From positions 1 through 17,333 of the forward strand of contig JBFEXS010000037.1 in NCBI GenBank assembly GCA_041562555.1: a stretch of DNA of 17,333 nt. Direction: 5' to 3'. The notes under the pieces are model-generated. The model was not told where the DNA came from. It saw nothing but the letters and a program-made list of their open reading frames with translations, and did no database searches. Positions 8,892 through 16,900 of this stretch are shown here, piece after piece. The stretch's first letter is position 1; the number at the start of each line of letters is the position of its first letter. Both the position numbers and the translations under genes were made by a program. Source of the stretch: Sulfurimonadaceae bacterium (lineage in GTDB: Bacteria; Campylobacterota; Campylobacteria; Campylobacterales; Sulfurimonadaceae).

Positions 8892-9131
8892 TTAGTCCAT
8901 AAAGCCTTTTTTATAAGGGAACTTTTCAACTTGAGCATAGTCATCATCTTCCCAATCATCATAATCGTCATAATCAACCGTGAAGATTTTGTCATAACCG
9001 CGTTTGATCAACTCATTATCGATAAGTTCGCTGTCAAAGCCCTTTTGATCACACAGTTTTAAAAGATCAGCAATGTCTGCTGCAGATACACCATTTAGTT
9101 CCATCTCTAATTGAATATCAGAAATTTCCAT
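8892..9131 (-). CDS. Hypothetical small acidic protein, 79 aa
   Basis: ATG 9131 with a GAGGA SD is preferred over the track's TTG 9146. Candidate -10 TACTAT at 9157-9152. Helical-looking N-terminus and an Asp/Tyr-rich tract DYDDYDDWEDDDY. No family recognised. Confidence 0.7.
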   Translation of the reverse strand: MEISDIQLEMELNGVSAADIADLLKLCDQKGFDSELIDNELIKRGYDKIFTVDYDDYDDWEDDDYAQVEKFPYKKGFMD

Positions 9132-9174
9132 CTTATCCTCTAACAAGATATATAGTAGTAATAGTTATTACTTC

Positions 9175-9200
9175 AAAACGTTTGATAGGAGATATCAAAC
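9175..9200 (-). terminator. Putative intrinsic terminator of the six-cysteine miniprotein transcript
   Basis: Perfect 8-bp stem GTTTGATA-tctcc-TATCAAAC (9200-9180) followed by GTTTT on the minus strand. Confidence 0.45.
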
Positions 9201-9204
9201 ACAG

Positions 9205-9287
9205 CCGTAAAGTTGAGAAGCCAAAATGCATTCTCAACCACACCATGCCTATCACCGGAGTGATAAACGGATATTTACGGATAGAAA
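9205..9287 (-). other. Structured RNA element (three-way junction) in the 3' UTR of the six-cysteine gene
   Basis: P1 CCGUAAA(9280-9274)/UUUACGG(9211-9205). P2 GUUUAUCAC-UCCG-GUGAUAGGC (9268-9247), with a C(UNCG)G tetraloop and two G-U pairs that work only on the minus strand. P3 GUUGAGAA/UUCUCAAC (9238-9212). Confidence 0.5.
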
Positions 9288-9331
9288 GTTTTTAAAAATG
9301 CAAAAGATAGTTAACAGTGGGAGGATTGTGT

Positions 9332-9538
9332 TTACTCTTCTTCGGCAGCGATACACTTTTCGTTTTTGGCATCGCACTTGTCGTAACACTCATCAGTGTC
9401 ACCTTTGTCATCGCATTTTTCAATACATCTGTCATATTTTTTCTCACATTTGCTTTGAGGCTCATCATCATTAGCCATCAACACACCGGAGAACAGTGTT
9501 AAACACAGGAGGGATTTTAGCAGTTTGTTAGTATACAT
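9332..9538 (-). CDS. Small secreted cysteine-rich protein, 68 aa
   Basis: AAGGA SD at 9552-9548. Sec-type signal peptide (MYTNKLLKSLLCLTLFSGVLMA). The highly charged mature part has six Cys spaced C-X6-C-X3-C-X8-C-X3-C-X6-C. Confidence 0.8.
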   Translation of the reverse strand: MYTNKLLKSLLCLTLFSGVLMANDDEPQSKCEKKYDRCIEKCDDKGDTDECYDKCDAKNEKCIAAEEE

Positions 9539-9733
9539 TATAACAAGTCCTTGATTAAAATTTTAATGTTTTAATAAGATTGTTTTGTTAGGATGCAGTT
9601 ACAGTTTTTATTTGAGAAACTGTCCTGAACAAAACGACATTCACGTGTAGTTGACAGGTGTATATCGATACTACTTGGCGGTTCGTATTGATATACAAGT
9701 CACCTTGTATTTTCTATCCGTACAGAAATTATA
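9539..9733 (-). promoter_or_regulatory. Promoter and long structured 5' leader of the six-cysteine gene
   Basis: TATAAT at 9733-9728 predicts a start near 9721. The leader has hairpins at 9710-9693 (7 bp, GUGA GNRA loop), 9697-9659 (13 bp, one mismatch) and 9635-9582 (long interrupted stem). Confidence 0.45.
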
Positions 9734-9872
9734 CTCCCAAAAAAACAATTTTCAGCTAAAAATTTTCTTAAGTAGCAAGCCCCCTTGAATAGGTGCTTTC
9801 AGAGCAATTAAAATTGAAAAATCTCAGATATTAAGGTGTTTTTTGACACATGAAAATGTAAAAAATTCAAAC

Positions 9873-10355
9873 TTATTTGATTTTTATTACAGGCTTTTGA
9901 AGCAAGAGATTGTTTGGATAAATGATAAGGTTGTGTTCACTGTCTTCAATTTCGACCTGAAAGAGTGAGATCTCCCGTATAATACCTTCTATGCTGTCGT
10001 CTGCATCCAGTACTCTTATCTTGTCACCTACACGCGCCGGAAAGGTGAAAAAGATAATGATACTTGCAGTGATGTTGCTCAGTATTGACCATTGTGCAAA
10101 CATAGCGACGCCGATAATGGCAAAGATAGAGGAGGCAAATACCGAAATCCCTTTGATGTTTATCCCCCAGATCAGGGCCAGGAAAATCAGAGCATTGATA
10201 CTAAAAAGGATCTGAAACACCTTGTCGATATAAAAGAGCCTTTTTTCAGGTACCTGTTTGCGTTTGGCGATCTTGTTGAGCGCACGCTTGACTAGTTTTG
10301 AAGCAATATAACTGAGTACCAAGGTGATAAGGCTCAAAAATATATCGTAACTCAT
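9873..10355 (-). CDS. Short MscS-family mechanosensitive channel protein
   Basis: Three TM segments, then ILSNITASIIIFFTFPARVGDKI, EGIIREISLF and IIYPNNLL (MscS TM3 and middle beta domain). The C-terminal alpha/beta domain is absent. Confidence 0.85.
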   Translation of the reverse strand: MSYDIFLSLITLVLSYIASKLVKRALNKIAKRKQVPEKRLFYIDKVFQILFSINALIFLALIWGINIKGISVFASSIFAIIGVAMFAQWSILSNITASIIIFFTFPARVGDKIRVLDADDSIEGIIREISLFQVEIEDSEHNLIIYPNNLLLQKPVIKIK

Positions 10356-10444
10356 CTGTTTATCTCCGTGTATGAGCAGAGTGGGTGTTTTTAAAACTAT
10401 AGGGAATATTAAGCACTGCTATACTCTGATCGTTGTTTGTGCAG

Positions 10445-10468
10445 ATTATACTCTTTTTTAGCTACAAT
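10445..10468. promoter_or_regulatory. Divergent -10 elements for the mscS-like gene and corA
   Basis: TATAAT on - at 10450-10445 and gcTACAAT on + at 10461-10468. Confidence 0.5.
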
Positions 10469-10491
10469 ATATGGAATAAAAAGAGGTTGGT

Positions 10492-11286
10492 ATGCAAGAT
10501 TTACAGCAACTGGTTGATCCTTTACACATAGAAGATTTGCGCAATGGATCTCATCCTTCATTCTTTGATGAGAACGAAGCCTATGATATGCTCATTGTTA
10601 GGCTACCTGTCTTGAACAAAGGCTTTGAGACCCATTCATCGGGGTTTATTCTGACACCAGAAAAAAGCTATATGTATGATCCGGATGAGAATCGGTTTGA
10701 AGAACTCATGTCACGTTTTGAGGGGCCCTATACTATTTTGGACAAGCTGATTGACCGGCTGCTCAGATCCTTTGGGAAGTATCAGGATGCGATCGCGGAC
10801 ATGGAAGAGAGCCTGTATGCCGATAAGATGACAGAAGACTTTATGACCCGCTGGCTTGGACTTAAGCAAGACATCGTACGTATAGAACGCATCCTATTGC
10901 GGACATCTCAAACCCTTCAGGAGATGATTGATCATTATGAAGGGCTTGAGGGTTTTCCCATCAATAACTATATTGACCTGCATGAACATATTGAGCGCAT
11001 TCAACGCTCATCGACCCTGCAATTGTCCAAGCTTGATTATGTCTACAGTTTTTATAATACCCGCACCAATGAGAAGATGAACCGTCTTATCTATCTGTTG
11101 ACGATCATCTCGGCGATCTTTTTGCCGTTGAATCTGCTTGTCGGTTTTTTTGGTATGAATACAACGGGTCTGCCTTTTACACAAGAAGGAGGGTATGGTA
11201 CCTTCGGTGCAGTCACATTGATGTCGTGTATGGTGATCCTGACAACGATAGGTGTTTATGTATGGCGAAGAAACGTAGAAAGGTAG
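10492..11286 (+). CDS. corA: CorA-family divalent cation (Mg2+/Co2+/Zn2+) transporter
   Basis: NEKMNRLIYLLTIISAIFLPLNLLVGFFGMN contains the GMN signature between two C-terminal TM helices. The N-terminal domain is short. Confidence 0.88.
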   Translation: MQDLQQLVDPLHIEDLRNGSHPSFFDENEAYDMLIVRLPVLNKGFETHSSGFILTPEKSYMYDPDENRFEELMSRFEGPYTILDKLIDRLLRSFGKYQDAIADMEESLYADKMTEDFMTRWLGLKQDIVRIERILLRTSQTLQEMIDHYEGLEGFPINNYIDLHEHIERIQRSSTLQLSKLDYVYSFYNTRTNEKMNRLIYLLTIISAIFLPLNLLVGFFGMNTTGLPFTQEGGYGTFGAVTLMSCMVILTTIGVYVWRRNVER

Positions 11287-11310
11287 GATCTCTGTACAGA
11301 GGGTGACAGG

Positions 11311-12240
11311 TTAAGCACCTATCTTGTCTTTTGGATTGCGTTTACGTTTTGTGACTCCGTCGTCCGGAGTGACATTTTTCGCGATATAATCCATGATCTT
11401 TCCTGCGATATCCAGACCGGTGGCTTTTTCAATTCCCTCAAGTCCCGGTGATGAGTTGACTTCCATGACAAGTGGTCCGCGTTTGGACTCGATCATGTCG
11501 ACACCGCATACACCCAGTCCCATGGCTTTAGCTGCGGCAAGGGCAGTTGACTTCTCTTTACGGGTGAGTTTATGAACGGTAGCGCTTCCTCCCTGGTGGA
11601 GGTTTGAACGAAAATCACCTTCTGCCCCTTGGCGTTTCATTGCACCCACGACTTCCCCTCCGACAACAATGGCACGGATATCCGATCCACCGGCTTCCTC
11701 AATGAATTCTTGTACCAGCAAGTTCACATCCATACCGTAAAAGGCGTCGAGTACTGATTTGGCAGCCTTTTGTGTGTCGACAAGGACCACACCTACTCCT
11801 TGCGTTCCTTCAAGGATCTTAAGTACCAAAGGTGTCCCTCCGCTGAGTTTGATGATGTCTTTCGCATTGGACTTATTGGAAGCGAAAACAGTCCGTGGCA
11901 TATCAACACCATATTTGGAAAGGATCTGAAGGGAACGGAGTTTATCCCGTGAACGCGATATCGCCAATGATCCGGCGGTGCTAAACGCGTTCATGACCTC
12001 AAGATGACGCACCATAGCAGTACCATAAAAGGTACGGCTGGCACCGATACGGGGAATGATGGCATCGGGTACAGGAAGGGCTTTCCCCTCATAATGGATC
12101 TTCAATTCACCCTTCATGATCTCAACACTGAACTTCAGGTAGTCGAGGACACGGACGTCCCACTCTCTTTGCTCTGCTGCTTCAACAAGTCTCTGTGTTG
12201 AGTATAAAGTAGAATTTCTTGATAATATATAGACTTTCAT
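11311..12240 (-). CDS. rimK: RimK-family alpha-L-glutamate ligase (ribosomal protein S6 modification, ATP-grasp)
   Basis: [74 protein letters not shown] and [12 protein letters not shown]. Confidence 0.95.
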   Translation of the reverse strand: MKVYILSRNSTLYSTQRLVEAAEQREWDVRVLDYLKFSVEIMKGELKIHYEGKALPVPDAIIPRIGASRTFYGTAMVRHLEVMNAFSTAGSLAISRSRDKLRSLQILSKYGVDMPRTVFASNKSNAKDIIKLSGGTPLVLKILEGTQGVGVVLVDTQKAAKSVLDAFYGMDVNLLVQEFIEEAGGSDIRAIVVGGEVVGAMKRQGAEGDFRSNLHQGGSATVHKLTRKEKSTALAAAKAMGLGVCGVDMIESKRGPLVMEVNSSPGLEGIEKATGLDIAGKIMDYIAKNVTPDDGVTKRKRNPKDKIGA

Positions 12241-12258
12241 CTGTTAACCTTTTGTGTC

Positions 12259-12672
12259 TTAAATATGTTTGTTTTCCAAGGAGACATCTACAAGAAAACG
12301 TCCCTTTAGATAGGTTCGGCCGATAAGCATGGGATATTTCATCTCAGCCCTATCGGTAAGCGAAAGTTTTGCTTTATAGGCTTTTCCTGCGATCTCAATC
12401 ACTGTTTTGATAAAAATACGTTCCTGTATCGTCCCATTTGAACTTTTAACCTTCTTGATGGCATGTACTGGCATCTGTATATGCTGTTTACAATAATCCG
12501 GATGTGATGTGTCCAGGAGCTTAAAGTGGACTGTACCGTCATCATTGAGTACAATCTCATCGCAATGGATCGAACTGCTATAGGCCCCTGTGTCGATTTT
12601 TGCATCGATATTAAAAAAACCAAGTTCTGGCAGAGATGCCTGTTCGATCCTGCCGATGATAATCTTTTCTAT
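12259..12672 (-). CDS. RimK-associated retropepsin-like protease (RimB / 'putative ATP-dependent zinc protease' family), 137 aa, apparent AUA start
   Basis: The track's 71-aa ORF extends in frame upstream: (I)EKIIIGRIEQASLPELGFFNIDAKIDTGAYSSSIHC...KVKSSNG...ERIFIKT...LSLTDRAEMKYPMLIGR..LKGRFLVD. AAGGA SD lies 6 nt before ATA at 12672, and there is an in-frame TAG at 12678-12676. Confidence 0.85.
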   Translation of the reverse strand: MEKIIIGRIEQASLPELGFFNIDAKIDTGAYSSSIHCDEIVLNDDGTVHFKLLDTSHPDYCKQHIQMPVHAIKKVKSSNGTIQERIFIKTVIEIAGKAYKAKLSLTDRAEMKYPMLIGRTYLKGRFLVDVSLENKHI

Positions 12673-12696
12673 ATACTATCCTTTTAATCGCGCATA

Positions 12697-12709
12697 TGCT
12701 AGTATTATA
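12697..12709. promoter_or_regulatory. Overlapping divergent -10 elements for the protease-rimK operon and the deacylase gene
   Basis: TGcTAGTAT on + at 12697-12705 and TATAAT on - at 12709-12704. Confidence 0.5.
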
Positions 12710-12734
12710 CAACAAAATACGGATGGAACACAGA

Positions 12735-13781
12735 ATGCAGGAAAAGAGCTTGGAGATCGCTGGAACTATCATTGAGCGGGGTCGTACGGTAGAACTTAAA
12801 ATAGAGTTGCCAAAGCTGTACAATCTTCCCGCATCAATCCCTGTGCATGTTATTCGGGGAAGGAGAGACGGACCTACTCTGTTTGTCAGTGCAGCGATAC
12901 ACGGAGATGAACTCAATGGTATAGAGATCATCCGCAGACTCAAAAAGCTCACTATTTTAAAAAAGCTCAAAGGGACCTTGATCCTTATCCCTGTTGTGAA
13001 TGTCTATGGATTGAGCTCATTTTCACGATATCTTCCCGATAGACGCGATCTAAACCGCAGTTTTCCCGGATCGACAAAGGGCTCTCTTGCTGCTCGCATG
13101 GCGAAGATCTTCTTTGATGAGATCATCTCAAAATGTAATTACGGAATCGATTTGCATACCGGTGCCATCCATCGAAGCAATCTGCCTCAGATACGTACGA
13201 ATATAAACAATAAAGAGGTGTGGGAACTGGCAAAAGCCTTTGAGGCACCGGTGGTGCTTCATTCGGAAGAACGTGATGGTTCACTGCGCGCAGTAGCCCA
13301 GGATAGGGGCGTGTCCATACTCTTGTATGAAGCCGGTGAGGCACTTCGTTTTGACGAGACATCGATCAAGATCGGTGTCAAAGGGGTTGTGAATGTACTG
13401 CGTTCTCTTGAGATGTTGCCGCAGACCAAGAAAAAACGTTACAGAAATCCTTTGACCTTTAAAGAGAGCAGTTGGATACGCGCCGTATCCAGTGGAGTCC
13501 TGCGTACAGTCAAAGGTTTAGGTGACCTTGTAACAGAAGGGGATATTATCGCTTTAATAGATGAACCTATCGGTGGAGAGAGTTATGAACTGATCTCTCC
13601 CTTTAACGGAGTGGTCATAGGCAAAAGCCAGATTCCATTGGTACAAGAAGGGGACGCTGTCTTTCATATTGCCCGCTCGGAGGATCTGAGTATCGCCGAA
13701 GAACGAATCGAATATTTTCAGGAGAACGCTATTGAAGGCAGTGATATCCACGGTCTTCATGATGAACATACTATTGAATAG
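12735..13781 (+). CDS. Succinylglutamate desuccinylase/aspartoacylase family (M14 AstE/AspA-like) Zn hydrolase
   Basis: AAIHGDELNG, DLNRSFPG, IDLHTG and YEAGE motifs, with a C-terminal barrel-sandwich region. The track's start at 12696 falls inside the predicted promoter, so ATG 12735 (GGA 7 nt upstream) or 12723 is more likely. Confidence 0.9.
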   Translation: MQEKSLEIAGTIIERGRTVELKIELPKLYNLPASIPVHVIRGRRDGPTLFVSAAIHGDELNGIEIIRRLKKLTILKKLKGTLILIPVVNVYGLSSFSRYLPDRRDLNRSFPGSTKGSLAARMAKIFFDEIISKCNYGIDLHTGAIHRSNLPQIRTNINNKEVWELAKAFEAPVVLHSEERDGSLRAVAQDRGVSILLYEAGEALRFDETSIKIGVKGVVNVLRSLEMLPQTKKKRYRNPLTFKESSWIRAVSSGVLRTVKGLGDLVTEGDIIALIDEPIGGESYELISPFNGVVIGKSQIPLVQEGDAVFHIARSEDLSIAEERIEYFQENAIEGSDIHGLHDEHTIE

Positions 13782-13937
13782 CTTTGTTGACCGCTGATGC
13801 ATCTAGTAGATGCTGCAAAGCAATTCAAACCGGATCTTTTCCTAGATCGTGGCCTACCAATAATAGACTTTACAGAACCATGCAAATGGGGTACAATAGG
13901 TATAATATAAGAGAGGTACACAAAAGGTCACTTTGGT

Positions 13938-16900
13938 ATGAACAAGTTTATATTCTCAGTTTTTATATTTGTACACACTTTTCTATATGCGGATACCCCT
14001 GTCCTTATCATCCATTCTTACCATGAGTCTTACCCCTGGTCATCCAATCAGGACAGAGGGTTTAAAGAAGTCTTGGATGGGGATGAAAAACTTTTCCCCT
14101 TATATTCAACGGAATACATTGATAGCAAGCGTCGCGGTTTTGACAAAGCCTATGAGGAGGAGTTCGTTCATTATATGCGCTCCAAGTACAAGGGATACCA
14201 ACCGCAACTGATCTATACTACGGATGATGATGCTTTTAATTTTATGTTACGTAACAAAGACAAGCTCTTCCCTTCTGTCCCGCTTGTCTTTTCAGGTCTT
14301 AATGATCTGTCCCAGATAGGTACTTTACGCGATAAACGGATTGCCGGAGTATTTGAGAAAAAAGACGTGGCTTCAAATATAAGGTTGATCAGATCCCTTT
14401 TCCCAAACGAGAAAGAGATAGTCTTGCTAGGAGACAAGTTAACAACCTCACAAGTCGTCGAGAAGGTACTGCTTGATGAGTTTGCGACGTATGGACTGAA
14501 TATCCGTTCGATCCATGATGAATATCTGACAAATGTATTGGAAGAGTTGAAGGCCATCAACAGTAAGGTGGTCGTGCTGAACACGATAGGGGGGGTCAAG
14601 ACTATTGACGGTCATCTGATCCCTTTAAAGCAGGTGATCAAAGAACTCAACGGTATTGGAGATATGATTGTCATTTCACTTGAAGACACCTATGTACAAT
14701 ACGGTGTACTTGGAGGTTATGTAAACAACAGTACCCATCAGGGGGAAGAAGCAGGAAGGATCGCATTAAAAATTTTGCATGACCCGCTTTCAACTTTTCC
14801 AAAGAATGTCGCAAGCCGGCATGGGTTTTTATTTGATGCCCAGGCTCTTGAGGAACACGGGATCATACTGCCGGATGAAATCATGCATGCCAGTCAACTT
14901 GTCAATCAGCCCGTGTCTCTTGCGCACCGTTCAGAATATCTTTTAAAGACGATCATCTATGCATTGATCGCTCTGCTTGTCCTAGCAAGTCTGGGTTTCG
15001 CCAGATATATGTATCGCAGTCGAAATATCATTCTGAAAAACAGTGAAACACTTGCTGTCACCACAGAAAGCATGGAACGTGCTCAGTCAATAGCACATCT
15101 GGGGAATTGGGACTGGGATATTCAAAACAATACCCTGTGGTGGTCGGATGAGATATACCGTATCTTCGGGCTGGAACCCAAGGAGTTTGAAGCCACCTAT
15201 GAAGCCTTTTTAAAACATGTCCATCCTGAGGATAAAGAGAGGGTCAATAAAGTAGTCAATGAAGCACTGGAAAAAAAGACCGATTATCATGTGTTCCACC
15301 GTATCATTAAAAAAGATGGAACCGAGCGCTATGTCAGTGAAGAGGGGAGTCTGAAGTTTGATGACCAAGGAACCCCTATCCGCATGACAGGTATCGTCCA
15401 TGATATTACTGAAGAGTATGAACAAGAACAGTCTATCATACTACAGGCTGAGATCTTTAATGCGGTGCAAGACTCTATCATGGTGCATGACCTGCAGGGG
15501 CATTTTGTCTATCTGAATGAAAATGCATGGAAATCCAGGGGCTATACCGAAGATGAGATGCTTGATATGACGGTTGAGGAACTGGATGCACCCGAGTATA
15601 AAAATGCAAGTCCGGAAGAGATGGAAAAATTCCTCGCACGGCTAAAAGAGGAGGGATACGTCACGTTCAAGGTTGAGCATCTATGCAAAGATGGCAGACG
15701 ACTACCCGTAGAGATCTATTCAAAGTTGATCACATTGAACGATAAGCCATATGTACTGAGCTCGGTGCGGGATATTACACAGCAAAAGAGAGCGGATGAT
15801 GCCATCAAGGCATCGGAAAAAAAATATCGGGACTTTGTGGAGAACTCTATTGTCGGTATTTACCGTGCAAACATTGAAGGAAAAATCCTTTATGCCAACC
15901 CTGCATTGGCAAGGATGTGGGGATGTGCTTCAGTGGATGAGGTTATCGGCGAACATGAACTAAGACTGTTTGAATCATCTCAGGAGAGTGAGATGTTCAT
16001 ACATGACCTACAGAAGACGGGCCGTTTGATCAATTATGAATTAACAGCCCATGATAAGAACAATAAAGCTTTCCCGATCCTGATAAGTGCAATCTTAGAA
16101 GGGGATACATTGACGGGGATGGTGCTCGATATGAGTGAAATCAAACGGTCTCAGACAGAGATCGAAAAACTATCTAAGGTTGTGGAACAGATCGATGATA
16201 CGGTTGTCATAACCGACCATACAGGAACCATTACCTATGCCAACCATGCATTCTATAATGATACAGGTTATACCAGGGAAGAAGTCCTTGGTAAGAAACC
16301 ATCCATCTTGAAGTCAGGAAGACACGACGCAGAATTCTATAAAGACCTATGGAAAACGATCAAACAGGGGGATGTATATCGGGGAACACTAATCAATAAA
16401 AAGAAAAGTGGAGAGCTTTTTTATGAGAAGAAGACGATCACCCCTCTTAAAGATAATATGAATAATATCATCGGATATGTTTCCAGTGGTAAAGACACGA
16501 CGATGGAAACGATGATGCATCAAGAGATAGAACATATTGCTTCAACAGATAAACTGACGGGTATTCATAACCGATATAAGTTTGAAGAGCTCTTTATCTT
16601 GGAACTTGAGCGCTCTAGAAGGTTTGGATACCCGATGTCACTGATCCTTATCGATATCGATTATTTTAAGACGGTGAATGATACCTATGGACATGATGTC
16701 GGTGATAAAGTGCTCAAATCCCTAGCGGATATCATCCAGATGCAGATTCGAAAACTTGACGTGTTTGCACGGTGGGGCGGCGAAGAGTTTTTGGTTTTGG
16801 CCCCAAATACGGATTTAGCCAACGCCTCTATCCTTGCTGAGAAAATGCGTTTAGCCATAGACGCTTTTAGTTTTCCTTCTGTTGGAGATGTCACGATCTC

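Noticed and set aside
9205..9280. Purine riboswitch (CCGUAAA present) or fluoride riboswitch (GGCAUGGUGU resemblance)
   Set aside because: CCGUAAA is in a stem rather than loop L3, and the UUUCUAC junction is missing. The crcB-motif pseudoknot partners are absent.
9180..9325. CsrB/RsmZ-like sRNA on the + strand (several GGA motifs, two in hairpin loops)
   Set aside because: The G-U pairs and UNCG loop favour the minus strand, no convincing + strand promoter or terminator was seen, and the GGA sites are few. Not fully excluded without RNA data.
9677..9690. GGCGGTTCG, a tRNA T-loop-like sequence
   Set aside because: No T-stem complement and no cloverleaf.
9276..9722. MITE or IS remnant defined by the 12-bp inverted repeat
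   Set aside because: No flanking target-site duplication, no transposase remnant, and one repeat coincides with the predicted transcription start. A genome-wide copy search would settle it.
11290..11301. 12-bp palindrome CTCTGTACAGAG between convergent corA and rimK
   Set aside because: As RNA it gives only a 4-5 bp stem with no U-tract, too weak to call a terminator.
12259..12970. Frameshifted protease gene suggested by three overlapping minus-strand ORFs in the track
   Set aside because: Manual translation gives one continuous frame, 12672-12259. The other ORFs are off-frame or antisense to the deacylase.
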